Both the position numbers and the translations under genes were made by a program. A stretch of 46,387 nucleotides of DNA, filler included, from Dirinaria sp. TL-2023a (taxonomy: Eukaryota), in NCBI GenBank assembly GCA_051941275.1. It is 2 parts of 2 records of this genome, joined end to end, with 100 filler letters (N's around TTAATTAATTAA, not from the genome) between each part and the next. Parts side by side here need not be neighbours in the genome. Positions count along the whole stretch, not along the records: positions 1 to 23,189 come from JAVEBF010000209.1; 1 more part is not named here. The stretch is one strand, 5' to 3'. The notes below the pieces were generated by a model, which saw only the letters and a program-made list of their open reading frames with translations, had not been told where the DNA came from and ran no database searches. Shown one piece after another: positions 10,549-23,289 of this stretch (positions are counted from its first letter, which is position 1; each line of letters starts with the position of its first letter).

Positions 10549-10744
10549 GCGTCTTGGCACTTGATATCACACCGGGAAGTACCTCACCTGCACAGGTACT
10601 ACACCAAAACCAGAACGATCATCTACACCTTCCAAGACGCAATGCCAAAGACGGAAAAATCAAAACCTGAATTCGTTCAGTACATTGTCTTACATTACTT
10701 GCTCTTTATTGCCATTCTCTAGGTTCTTCGATTCCCGAAAGTCA

Positions 10745-12004
10745 ATGGATGTAGTAATGGATTACCCTGCTTCAGCATCAACTGAGGGTGACATGGTCGT
10801 AGAGGCAAACGGACTGGAAAGATCACAACTTCGCAGTACCAATGCCTGCAGCAGCTCTCCTCCAAGTCCATTAGCAGGACTGAACCTAGAAACTGGCAAC
10901 TCGATCACTGGCACAATTGGGCTTGGTCATCTTCCCACAGAGCTGATACAACGGATTGTCTTCTTTCTGGATAGTGACCAGGGACCCTCATCCCAAAAGC
11001 TTTGTCATGAACCATCATCGTCCTTAGTCGCTTCCGAACATCGACCCCTGAAATGTCTCTCTTTGACTTGCCATTTCCTGCGCTACTTCGTCATGAGCAG
11101 TCTGTTTCGGTTCACGAGCATCGAAATCATCGTAGACGACTTTCTAAGCAGAGTAACCCTCAAAAACTTTTTAGATTTCGCAGCCAAGAATCGGCTTCGC
11201 ATTCAGAGTGTCGCAACATGGTTCGTACTTCAAGGATCAAGTCCAGAGTCTAGTTATAATAGCTTTGCTGCGGGCATTTGTTCGGGCATCGTGCACGCAT
11301 TGGAGCCAGTAACTCTAACGATCATTGCTCCTCCAATCGTACTGCCTCGGCTTTCGTTCCACAGCCACAGGAGTGTGAGGCCGGTTGACGACTGGGCATT
11401 TGATGCGCCGCTACATGTTCTGAACTATTCGCGTACATCTACGGAGCAAGCTCGAGCGAAACGTGATCATGTCGCTCTCAGATGCGGTGGCTGGGAAAGT
11501 TCATGGTCTTCTACCATTCTCAATGAGGGATCTTCGATCAAGGTTTACGGTAGCTACGAATATTATCTCAAAACAGCCCCATCCATTTTCACGTATAGCC
11601 CTTTCTTAGGGCCCATGCCTTGGTCGGATTCGCTTCGAAGCTTTACATATATCGCTGTGTTCCCAACCTCGACTCACGTTGGAAAGATCTACGTGAATAT
11701 TGGATCCTTGCACAATTTGCAGGACCTCTCAGTACAATTTGCACCCACCGAAGAGTCAAGCATCCTGTCAGACCCGGAGCGAATTGGAAAGTGTCAAATA
11801 TCCGATTGTTGGATGGAATTCCATGAATGTCTCCTGAGCACTCTTCGCTTCGCAAGCGCTCAGAGCAGCGTGCATAAGCTCACGATCCTGACTTTCTTGG
11901 ATTGGTGCCGGTATGATACAGCAACGTCGATCATGCCTGATCTTGTGAACTATCTTCGTGATTGGACCTCCGAAAATGATGGATGCTGGAAGAAGCCGGA
12001 GTAA
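10745..12004 (+). CDS. Fungal F-box-like protein
   Basis: Single long ORF; LGHLPTELIQRIVFFL...LKCLSLTCHFLR resembles a split F-box motif; the C-terminal part (LRSFTYIAVFP, LHNLQDLSVQFAP) is LRR-like. Confidence 0.7.
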   Translation: MDVVMDYPASASTEGDMVVEANGLERSQLRSTNACSSSPPSPLAGLNLETGNSITGTIGLGHLPTELIQRIVFFLDSDQGPSSQKLCHEPSSSLVASEHRPLKCLSLTCHFLRYFVMSSLFRFTSIEIIVDDFLSRVTLKNFLDFAAKNRLRIQSVATWFVLQGSSPESSYNSFAAGICSGIVHALEPVTLTIIAPPIVLPRLSFHSHRSVRPVDDWAFDAPLHVLNYSRTSTEQARAKRDHVALRCGGWESSWSSTILNEGSSIKVYGSYEYYLKTAPSIFTYSPFLGPMPWSDSLRSFTYIAVFPTSTHVGKIYVNIGSLHNLQDLSVQFAPTEESSILSDPERIGKCQISDCWMEFHECLLSTLRFASAQSSVHKLTILTFLDWCRYDTATSIMPDLVNYLRDWTSENDGCWKKPE

Positions 12005-12462
12005 CGAAAGATCGGCCAGAAAGCTATATCAGGAGCTTTTCAGTGCGCAGACGATGCGTTTTGATGTTCGAGGTTACACCGTGCTCTAGTATCTTGAGAT
12101 GGCTCGCATTTGCTTACAAAACCAATAACGGAGATCTACTTCATGCAGGAATGACGTCGGATATTGACTTCAATGGCTGAAGGCTACAATAAGGCATGCG
12201 AACACAGGTGAAAGTTTCCATTAAGTCTCAAAGTAGCAAGAACCCTTCTAGAGCTGAATCGAATATAGCTCTGGAATTAGCGTAGGAGCATTATGAGGAA
12301 TTTCCACCTTCATCAATATCCTACCAATGTCAAAATTCAAGCTCACCAGCACATCCAATCTATGTTGCTTACAGACTCCTTGATATAGGCTGGGCCCAGA
12401 TCTCTAGAATAACGGCAAATCACTGAAGCGCAGCTTCAACTCGCTTACAAGCTAGAATTCTC

Positions 12463-13116
12463 TTACAGCTTTTCTCCTGATTGGTCTTTCCCCGTTTTAG
12501 ATCGCCTCATATGAGTGTAAGCGCTCCCTTCGAACTGCTTGACACCCTCTACGGGAGCCAGCCAAGCCACTCGGTCCTTGGTGAACTGCTCCACCCTAGG
12601 CCTCAACTTGGTCTCGTGGAGATGAAAGTCGTCCACGGTGCCGATGCGCAGGATACTCTTGCCTGGGTAGGCCGAGCCAACGCGGTACATGAGGGTGCCG
12701 CAGTTGGAGCAGAAGTGGTTCGTCATGGCATTCCCAGAGGCAATGGTGCGCGATTGCGCGAAAGTCTTGAGGGTTTTCCAGCCGCGCAGGTGCTTCAAAT
12801 GGACGTCGGCGACGATGAAGTTGGACGCGAACATGGAGGCCGTGATTTTGCGGCAGTCGGTGCAGTTGCAGATGAAGGTGTCGACCAGGCCTGGGCCTTG
12901 CGTTGGCTGTGGGACGGTGCGAGGTGATGTATCAGAGTAGAAGAGATTGGTAACATAAATTGGATAGGATACTTTTCAGATGGCCAGACTTACGAATGCC
13001 AGTTGCACGGCGCCACAGAAGCATGTAGCTGTCGCTTCGTTTTCTTTGGACCATCCGTCATCGGCTTGGCCGGCGAGAGGGAAGTAAGATTTTGATTTTT
13101 CATCGACAGTGGCCAT
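12463..13116 (-). CDS. GFA / Mss4-like / CENP-V family zinc-binding protein
   Basis: Exons 13116-12994 and 12906-12463: ATCFCGAVQL...CNCTDCRK...HFCSNCGTLM, the GFA cysteine pattern. Confidence 0.9.
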
Positions 13117-13685
13117 GGTGATGTTCTGCTTCGCAATCAAGAATTGTTCAGGAAAGATGAATAAAAATCAGCTAGAGTTGCCAGTATATAGCAAAATAAT
13201 CTGGAAAGCTGCAGTAAATGGTTGCTGCTGGGGGACGCTTTATGTGAAGCTCAGAAGGTGTAGGAAGCGATTTGTAAGACTGATCCCGGCTTACATACCA
13301 TAGCTAGATGATTTACGTACCCATCTATTTACATGTAGGTACGAAACTCTATTGTATGTAATGTACCTAGTACGCTCACCAACTCTTTGGGGCGGTCAGC
13401 ACCTACCAAATGTAGTTAGGGTGACCTCGGCTCCATTGACTCTCTTTTGCAGCGCTATGTTTCAGCCTCGAAATGTCAGCACAGCCATGGTCAATTTAAT
13501 GGAAGGGTGTGCAATAATCGATATGAGACTGCTCTACCAAGGTTTTCACTTCGCGTTTTGTGCGCGAAGTGAGCAGAAGCCCCGTCTCAGTCTTAAAAAC
13601 CTAGCTGGTCAGATGAATCGCGAAGTCTTTTTGATAGTACCTCCATTTGATCGGTCCAAATCAGCGGGTTGCCTTAAAGCAAACA

Positions 13686-16600
13686 ATGCCGCATCTTTCC
13701 TCGCTAAAGAATTTCAAGGGCCATAAGAAGACAATTAAAGAAGATAACAGTAACGAAAGTATTTATGATCAAAGTGGCGAATATGTGACAGATTCTCCGG
13801 ATTCAAAATTACGCATTCTCAAGTTCGAAGATGGAGAACAAAGTTTCTGGCAGAGAGCGTGGGAGCAGACCAAGGAAGAAGCAGGTGTGGATCTTCCGGT
13901 GGAATGGCATCTGGAAAGCTTGGACTTGAAAGAGGAGGTCCAGCAAGTAGCCCAGGAGGCTCTCATACGGTCGAAAGAAACAGCAGGTCATGAGCGTCTC
14001 ATCCCTGGCACGAAATATACTTATCGTCAAGTCTACGACAATGTCGCGAGCTGGGCAAATAAATTCACTGATGTTGGTGATCTCATCGTGCAGGCAGACC
14101 CAGGATATGCTACTTTACCTTGGTCTATGATTCGATTTGCTATCAAACTCTCCGTCGGTGAGAGCGAAACCTATCATCGAATGCTCGATGGAACACAATT
14201 TGTTGCACAACTCGTCACTCAATATCCTGTCATTGAAAAGACCTACGCTAGGTTAGACTCTGATCTGGCAACTGCTTTGCGCAGGAGCCTTTACGACCTT
14301 TACGTCGCAGTCCTTCGCTTCCAGATTAATGCTATCAAGTACTTCGATCCCCATAAAAAACTCTTTCGCGCATGGAAAGGCATCAATCCTGTTTCAGAAG
14401 ACAACATCCGACAATTGCGAGAGGGGATCAACGGCTTCAAAGATCAGGTCGACCGTGATATTGCTCTTGTCCATTCTGATGTTACTAAACGTGGAATCGA
14501 CGAGCTCATCGAGGGAAAAGACGCCTTGCTATCAGGTCAGAAAGACCTGCTCAATACAACCAGAGATGGCATACTTACTCTATCCGAAAGGACTGGAGCC
14601 TCTCTCAGATCGCAGCAAGAGCTTATAGAAGGAAAGTTCGATGAAGCTGAAGCCCGCAGTCAGAAACGTAATGACGCAATAGTTGACATGTGGCGTGGAC
14701 CTTTGAATACCATGAGCGCTGAGCTTGAGAAAGAAAGAATTCAGCGAGAAAAGGAAGAGCTGCTAAAACTTCGACAGTGGCTCTCTACTGCAGAGCCTGA
14801 GACCAATTACCACGATGCAAGAGCGAAAAGAGGCATGCCACTCGGCGATTGGCTTTTGCGACATCATAAATTTCAGAGTTGGGAGAATACCCACCACTCT
14901 ACCATGCTGTGGATGTATGGATTTGCAGGGACTGGCAAGACAGGGTTAGTCTGTCGTGTTATTGATGAGCTGCGAGAAAGGCTGGCAAAGGGTGGGCCCG
15001 AACGAGTTGCGTTCTTTTTCTGCTCGAATGACCAAAGTGATTCGGCTCGGAAGGAATCTTACTCAAGATCAGATCCGGAGGAAGCACTCAGAAGTATCGT
15101 AAGTCGGCTCTCTACTTCGCAGAGGACGAGAAGCGCAGCAACGGTAGTACAAGAGATGTACGAAGAATTTGGCCCTCACAGTGATAAGCACAGGGCGCTG
15201 GATAGCACCGATTGCGTCGAGATTATCGTTGCTTTAGCCAGAGAAATGCCGATAACAATTGTAATCGATGCCTTTGACGAGCTTAATCAGGAGAAAAGCC
15301 CAGTTCTACTACAAAACTTGGCCAGCATCATTGATCGTTGTCCAGAAAGGGTCAAGGTATTCATTTCAACACGTTCATTCCTTGCGATTGAGAATGAACT
15401 CAACCCAGATAAAGCTATTGAGGTTACTGCGGAGAATAATGGGGAGGACGTCAGGACTTTTATCAAAAAGACACTTGGAGACCGAATCAATGACGGCTCT
15501 CTTTTGGACGGTAAAGTGTCCGAGCAGCTTCGAACAGATATTGAGAACGTACTTGCAACTCGCGCCCGCAACATGTTTCTGTACGCCAGTTTACAGCTCA
15601 GCCAAATTTGTGATCGCAATTCAAATGACGACGAAGACAGCATTCGAAAAAAGCTCAACAATCTACCAAACAACCTCACCGCTGTATATGACGGTATAAT
15701 GGAGCAAATCCACGATGAGAAGACCAACTCCGAGCGGAGCTGTAAACTCGCTCAGGAAACCTTCAAATGGTTGCTTCGAGGGCAAGCAACTCTTCTATGT
15801 GACTTTCTCCTTCAGGCTATCTCTCCACCTGAGCGAGAAGCCACAGTCGACGAAATCTTGCATGCTTGTCGCACACTTGTAGTGACAGGAAAGGTGCCTG
15901 GCAGACCTGTTTTCGAATTTGCACACTACTCTGTCCAAGAACATGTCAGCAAAATGGCATCATACGTTCCCAGTAAATGTCATGTCGTGGCTTTGAAAGG
16001 ATGTCTTCGAACCCTTAATGCGACCTTTGCGGTGCCAAAGAAGCAGGAAGACATTTCCAAAGCCCAGAAACTATTCAGTGAATATGCTTTACTTTACTGG
16101 CCCCTCCATTACGAGGGTATTGATAAACAGGATATGAACGAACACCGGACGGAAATCAACACTGCTTTGCGAAACTTTCTACTTCAAGGCCGGAGCAAGA
16201 CAGATAAATACGCGGAGTGGTTCGCGCAAGCCCAGCAGATGGTCAAAAACTTGCGGGATAACAAGTATCTCAGCTCCAAGCTCAATCACATTGAGGCCAC
16301 ACCTCCGACAGCGCTTTTTGCAGCATGTGTCTTTGGAGTCGATGACCTCATTGGAAAATTCGGTCGCGAACTCGACGGGCTCAACAAGAGCAACGCTCGT
16401 GGCCAGACAGCGCTAAGTCTGGCCATTGAGAACAATAAGATTGATGTTGTCAAAGCGCTCCTTTCCCGGCGCTTCCCAGCTGATCTCAACTTATTGAATG
16501 TGAGAGCTGTGCAGCAATTTGAAGCTAGCGATTCCGATAAAAAGCCAGATGTTGTTATTTATGCATCTGCGCTACAATGTGCGGCGGCTACAGGTCGGTT

Positions 16601-19544
16601 GGAGATTGCGAAGCTGCTCATTCAAGAAGGTGCGCACATCGATCTCGTCGCTGGATATTATGGAAGCCCGTTGCAAGCTGCTGCTTTGAACGGACATTCG
16701 GAGCTAGTGTCATTCCTTTTAAGCAAGGGTGCTGAACCAAACAGCCAAGGTGGCTTCCATGGTAAGTTTTCTTGGTCCGTCAATGATCTCCCCTAAATCT
16801 TTATTTCTGCTCATAGTTTCAACCTTTCGTCATTTCCTGTAACACGTGCTATTGCTCCGATAACATTACCTTCTCACTCGCTCATGGATATGATTACTAT
16901 TTTAATACCACTTCCAGGTAATTCACTCCAAGCAGCTGCTGCAGAAGGGCATGGCAATATTATAAACCTCTTACTCGAGAATAAGCCACCGGCTCTTGTC
17001 GACACTCCTGGCGGCCACTATGGCTCTGCTCTTATGGCTGCCATCTGTTCTGGTAATGTCAACACGGTCTGGGCGCTTTTGGAAGAAAAAGCGCAATCAA
17101 ACATGAGAAGCAGGAGGTATGGTCTGCCTCTCGAGAAAGCGACAGGCATGGGCCAAGCTTTCAAAGAGATTGTCTCCCTCTTGCTTGATAATCATGCAGA
17201 GGCCGACCTCTCAACTAAAGGCGCTGCCGTTCATATACTTCACAAAGCGGCTATGCACAATATGATCGATCTAGCTGAGTATTGTCTCGACAGAGGCTGC
17301 CAGATTGATATGATCACGACTGAAGGGCCATCCTATCCCCGCCGTTACGGAGACTTCGCCCGCGATATGACGCCCCTCAGCTACGCTTGCGCTGAGGGAC
17401 ACTTGGAAATGGTGGACTTTTTGCTCTCACGTGGAGCTCCGTACGAGTTAGAAAATCCACAGTCTGCACCGTTATGGACAGCAGCGTATCAAGGGCATGC
17501 AAGAGTGGTAGATCTACTACTGACACGTTTTAAAGCCACGCATAGTAAAGAACAGGTCAACCAATTTTTTCTCAAGCGACCACACCCAAAGTCTGGACAT
17601 CCAATACTTTTCGCTGCCGCGTCGTCTGGAAAGCCAGACGCCGTTCAAGTACTCCTGGATCATGGCGCCAAGTATGAAGCGAATTGGTTCAAGGCGACGC
17701 CTCTTCTTGCCACAGCGACCTTCAGATGCCCTGAAGTGACGGAATTATTACTTGAATATCATAAGAACGGCAAGGTTGATGTCCAGATCGACAGACAAGC
17801 CAACAACGGGAGAACCGCATTGATTGAGGCCTGTGCATTGAACCGTCAACGGATTGAAAAGATGTTATTGGATGCTGGAGCAGATTACGCCATCACTGAC
17901 AATGGAGGTGCCACTTCGCTACATGTTTCTACAGATTCTAATAACGACAATCTTTGTAGATTGCTTGTGGAGAAAGCCGCGAGCGAGGGGAACCGTCAGC
18001 GCTTTCTCAATTTCATCAACATACGGCACAAAGGCTCCGGAAGAACAGCACTGATAGATTGTGTAGCAAAGAAAAGACCAGCGAGCTTTCGATTGCTCCT
18101 AGAGCATGGGGCTAATTATGAGCTGGCTGGCCACGCTGGGAACAATCCCCTCCTGATTGCGGTCCAATTCGGGCATAATGGTATGATCGAAACACTCTTC
18201 AAAAAGGTCAAGAGCGATCACGAGGCGGAGCCGCAAAAGTTCTACGACTATATCAATCGCCAGAACAATGACGCCAAGACGGCAGTATACGGCGCCTGCG
18301 AATGCAATCAGCCATCTACCGTGAGGCTGCTCCTTGAAGCCGGCGCCGACTACACTATCACTAGCAAGAACGATCAAACTCTGCTAAATGTTGCTTGCTG
18401 GAATGGCCACAAGGCTGCTGTTGGAGTCGTGCTGGATTTTCTATCCAAGATTAGCAGTTCCGACGATGCCAGCAGATTTCTCAACCACCGCAACAAGTGG
18501 GGAATTACGGCCCTATTCGAAGCATGCACTACTAAGAAGGTCCTGGACATTATCGACATGCTTCTTGCTCATGGTAGCGATTACACCATACCTAGAGAGT
18601 CGGGCGTCACTGCACTACATGCTGCAAGCTTTAATGGCGATTTTACAATCGTCGAACGCTTGCTAAATTTTGCGGCTAGAAATGCTACGAAGGAGCAACT
18701 CCTCGGCTTTGTCAACCAACGCAACAATCAAGGCAAAACGGCGCTGTGGGATGCAGTGGACCAAAATCGCCCGCGCATTATCCAGCTCCTCCTCAAGCAT
18801 GGCACCGACTACACGATCCCGAGGGATAGCGGAGTCACAGTGTTACATAGAGTCTGTTTCGCTGGCGATTTTGCGCTTGCCAAGGATCTGCTTGAATTCG
18901 TATCAAAGAACGCTACAGAGCAGCATTTCCAAGACTTCCTCAATCAGAGGAACAATGAAGGTAAAACGGCACTGGTTGACGCCTGTCAAAATGGCGGACC
19001 GCATGTTACTGGGCTTCTTCTTGACTACGGGGCCGACTACACTGTTCCAGACAGAAGGGGCTTCACCGCCCTCCAGTACTGTGCTTGGCGTAACCGTGGC
19101 CCCACGGTCGATGTTCTACTCGACAAGACTGCGACTGACCGGACCTCCTCCTCTGCTTCGATCAGGTCCAAATTCTATACCTTCCTGGATCATGCGAGCA
19201 GTTCAAACACGAGAACGGCACTTTGTGACGTGGCGTTCCGGAGCTTTACGCATCTTGCGAGAAGATTGCTGGAAATAGGAGCGGACTGGGATTGCCCCGA
19301 TAGTGAAGGCAGGACGCCTGCGCATTGGGCTTGTAGGAATGGGAATGGCGAGATGTATAGGTTGCTTGTGGCCGCGGCGGGGCTGGAAGAAGCGGGTAGG
19401 AAAGAATATAAAAATTCAGAGGAGCGAAAGAAGGCGGAGGAAAAATTCCATGGCCGACGGGACAAGGACGGAGAGAGTGTTTTGGAGGTGGCGCTAAGGA
19501 AGGGGATTATCAAGAAATTGGGAGCGCCGAATGGGACTGCTTGA
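13686..19544 (+). CDS. Fungal NLR: helical N-terminal domain (NACHT_N/Goodbye-like) + NACHT NTPase + long ankyrin array, ~1900 aa
   Basis: Exons 13686-16761 and 16918-19544 join in frame (GGFH-G-NSLQAAA). Walker A GFAGTGKT, Walker B ITIVIDAFDE, VKVFISTR, ARNMFLYASLQL, FEFAHYSVQEH; DP-x3-LPW motif in the N-terminal domain; more than 20 ankyrin repeats. Confidence 0.92.
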
Positions 19545-19828
19545 TCAAAGCAGGATGTAGTTACGCTATAAGAACCGGGTCTTTTCAATTTTAAGAAACA
19601 ATGGAGCCCAATGTGTAAAATATACAGTTGGAGAATTCAGCATCCAATAATGTTATGAGATAAGTCTAATAGCCTTTTCTGCGCCAGATTGAAATCCTGA
19701 GGCACGAGATCAAATTGAACTGGTCCTTCCGACTTTGATATACCTATGAGATGATGCCGAAAAAGATACTTAAAGAGTAGGTACCCCCTGGATAAGTTGC
19801 CTCGGTACTTTACTGAACGATGCTCATT

Positions 19829-19864
19829 TAACCCTAATCAAATGTTAACTTTAGATAACCCTAA
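19829..19864 (+). promoter_or_regulatory. Pair of TAACCCTAA (telobox / Tbf1-like) motifs upstream of the helicase gene
   Basis: Exact TAACCCTAA at 19829-19837 and 19856-19864, about 100-140 bp upstream of ATG 19968. Confidence 0.45.
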
Positions 19865-19967
19865 ATTCATACCCGAACATCTCGATCATAAGGTACTCTA
19901 GCGGCCAGAGGCGCAACGAGAAAATTGTTCCTGACTTGCTCAGCCTGAGAGCTTCAGTCACCTCCTT

Positions 19968-22376
19968 ATGGCTCCGGCACCTGTGGATATTCCCTCGTTC
20001 GCGACAGACCAGCTCTCCCTCCTTTCCGCCGAGCTCGCTGCTGAAACAGCCTCTACAGCTGATCTCCTCGCGTCCACCTCTCCGGCGGCCCTTTCTCGCG
20101 CAGGCCTTGCCATCCTCAATCTTAACGTATCTTCGCAAAGGACTGGCCTTGGCGGCAAGACCGTCCTAGAACTCGAACAAGACCATGCAATCGGTAACGC
20201 TGGTGAGATTGGCGAGCACAGCATTCGGACGGGCGACATAGTAAGAGTTGGTCAACAGCCGAAAGGCAATGAAAAGAAGAAAGAAAAGAGCAGCCTGGAG
20301 GGAAAGGGAGTAGATGGCGTCGTGGTCCGAGTGAACCAGCAAAGCTTACAAGTCGCCCTCGACAACCAAGAGGATGATATTGAGGGTTTCGGTGGGAGGC
20401 TGTGGGTGTGAGTAGCTATGTGCGTGACTAAATTTTCAATATACTATACTTATCGCATAAACGGGCAAGCGGCTGATGATGACTTATGGACAGCGTCAAG
20501 CTGGCAAATGAAGTTACCTATAAAAGGTGTGACCCCCTTTGCGCATGAAGTCAATGACGACCCACTAACATTCTTACTGCAGGATGAACCAAATTATGGA
20601 GAAGTTGAGGGATATGGAGGAGAGAGACCGCACAACCTTGACCCGAGTCCTGTTTGGGCTGGAGTCACCAACCCAGGTCTCAAAAAATGCTGCAGAAGTC
20701 GAGGCTGCGATTGGAAAGATTGAATTCTACGACCCGACATTGAACGACTCCCAGAAGGAGGCGGTTAAGTTTGCGTTGGCATCCCGAGAACTTGCCCTTA
20801 TACATGGCCCACCAGGTGTAAGATTTACCCTCCTTTATAGCATGTTAAGGCTGATTTGAGACCAGACTGGCAAAACATACACAATAATTGAGCTGATATT
20901 GCAAATGGTGAATCATAAGCTTCGTATCTTAGTTTGCGGGCCTTCGAATATCGCTGTAGACAACATCGTAGAGCGTTTGGCGCCGCATAAGTTACCTATC
21001 ATTCGCCTTGGTCATCCAGCTCGACTATTACCTACCGTACTGGACCATTCTCTTGATGTACTGACGCGAATGTCAGACGCAGCTGAGATCGTCAAGGATA
21101 TCAGAACAGAGATGGACGCAAAGCAAGCAAGTATAAAGAAAACTCGGAATGGACGGGAGCGAAGAGCTATATATCAAGACATGAGAGAATTGCGAAAGGA
21201 ATTCCGACAGCGTGAAAAGCAATGCGTTACTACGCTAGTTGGGGGCAGCAAAGTTGTCCTTACAACTTTGCACGGAGCTGGAGGCTTTCAGCTCCGGCAA
21301 GAGCAATTCGACGTTGTCATTATTGATGAAGCCAGCCAGGCACTTGAGGCACAATGCTGGATTCCCTTGCTATTCGCCAAAAAAGTTGTACTAGCAGGAG
21401 ACCATCTACAGCTCCCCCCTACGGTAAAATCGTCACATGATAAGTCCACCGCAGAACAGGTTAAAGGCAAGGCCGAGAACGCGAAGAAGGAAAAACCTAG
21501 TAGTTCGCTAGAAATTACACTTTTTGATCGGCTGCTCAGTCTACATGGCTCCTCGATCAAGCGCATGTTAACTACGCAATACCGTATGCATGAGAAAATA
21601 ATGCGCTTCCCGTCCGATGAGATGTACGGCTCGAAGCTCGTCGCGGCTGAGTCTGTCAAGGCCCGCCTTCTGACAGACCTTCCATACGAAGTACGATCTA
21701 CTGATGATACTCTGGAACCACTGGTCTTCTATGACACTCAAGGAGGTGACTTCACAGAGAAGACCGAAGCCGAGTCTGCAGATAAGCTGAAGAAGAGTAC
21801 CGTGTTAAGTGATAGTAAAAGTAATGAGATGGAGGCTGCTCTGGTCAAGATGCATGTTCAGAATCTGATTGATGCCGGCACATTGCCGGATGACATCGCC
21901 GTTGTCACGCCGTATAATGCTCAACTGACTCTTCTCGCTCACAATCTCAAGGAAAAATACCCAGCAATTGAGCTTGGCTCGGTCGACGGCTTCCAGGGCC
22001 GCGAGAAGGAAGCCGTTATAGTAAGCCTGGTCAGAAGCAATCCGCAGCACGAAGTCGGCTTTCTTGCTGAAAAGCGAAGATTAAATGGTCAGTAAATTAT
22101 TCCATGGTGCTCCGCAACTTTCCGCACATTCTAACATCGTGAATTCAAGTCGCCATGACTAGGCCAAAGCGCCATCTCTGCGTCATCGGTGACTCAGAGA
22201 CTGTTGGACGGTGAGTTCTTCCTTCCCGACCACGGGCTGGAACAACAAGGGAGCTGACATAGGACCAATTTAGTGGTAGCAAATTCTTGAAACGGTGGAT
22301 GGACCATCTGGAAGAGCATGCTGATCTGAGATATCCTAATGTTGCAGACATACCACTCCAAGAAGATATACAATGA
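19968..22376 (+). CDS. HCS1: SF1 Upf1-like helicase, HCS1/IGHMBP2 (SMUBP-2) type
   Basis: Spliced gene: RTGLGGKTV, KLANEVTYKRM, LNDSQKEAV, IHGPPG-TGKT across an intron, IIDEASQALE, LAGDHLQLPPTV, QYRMH, SVDGFQGREKE, RRLN-VAMTRPKRHL; ends ...PLQEDIQ* at 22376. Confidence 0.93.
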
Positions 22377-22827
22377 ACGTATTAACCTGCAATACTATTT
22401 AATTCAATGATCATAATGTATTACTGGTTGTGCACCAAGGGAAAACAGGACCTAGGCCTTATCACAGGGACAAGGGCTTTGAGCAGGATCGTCATGTTCG
22501 AAAAGCTATCACCTGCCTTTGTTCATTCACCTCTAGGCAACAGATTTGACGCTAAACCGTCTTAGATAAGTCTGAAGAGCATATCTAACGAGAATCTTTT
22601 GACCAGGATACTCATGTCTCGAACCTCTACACAGATCCTCTTCACCAAGGTACATCACAACCCAACACTCTTTTCCAGTTCCTCTGTATCACTTTCCTCT
22701 TGATTAAAGCTAGCTTCAGTTAAATTCTCCCTGTGCCCTCTCTATCAGGACCCTTCTGAATAAAATACTGTATACAATCAATCTTCGATCAAGCCACACA
22801 TACATCAGAATACCGACATCACCAGTC

Positions 22828-23148
22828 ATGAACGGATACCAAGCACACACCTCGGAGAACCATTCGATCTCTCCAGCGCTCGAATTCTTCCTCGAACAAG
22901 CGATACCGGCCTCAATACTCTACGACGAGGCTCTGGACGCCTACCACCGAGTCGGCCAAGAAGTCCAAGAGACACGTGCGCAGGTGATGGATCTGGCCAT
23001 CGCTGTCCGCGCAATCGCTTCCACCGCCGACGAGGACCTGTCAGACCTCAAAGCCGTCCAAGAAACCGGCCACATCGTACGTGAACACCGCGATACGGTC
23101 CAGAAACTGGAGGCGCTCCAGAGGGAGCAAGTCGAGCTCTGGGTCGAT
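22828..23148 (+). CDS. First exon of a hypothetical helical protein, truncated by the assembly gap
   Basis: ATG 22828, coding-like codon use, consensus donor GTAAGT at 23149 just before the N run. Confidence 0.45.
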
Positions 23149-23189
23149 GTAAGTTCCTAAATCTCCCAACCCCCGATCTCGCCATTCCC

Positions 23190-23289
23190 NNNNNNNNNNN
23201 NNNNNNNNNNNNNNNNNNNNNNNNNNNNNNNNNTTAATTAATTAANNNNNNNNNNNNNNNNNNNNNNNNNNNNNNNNNNNNNNNNNNNN
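23190..23289. other. Artificial contig linker / assembly gap
   Basis: 44 N + TTAATTAATTAA (23234-23245; stops in all six frames) + 44 N, exactly 100 nt. Confidence 0.95.

Noticed and set aside
13686..13810. Amyloid signalling motif at the NLR N-terminus with an adjacent effector gene
   Set aside because: No HRAM, sigma or PP-like G/N/Q pattern, and no HeLo, SesB or gasdermin-like neighbour.
23234..23245. TTAATTAATTAA palindrome as a biological site (for example a piggyBac TTAA target)
   Set aside because: Centred in a symmetric N run; it is a synthetic six-frame stop linker.
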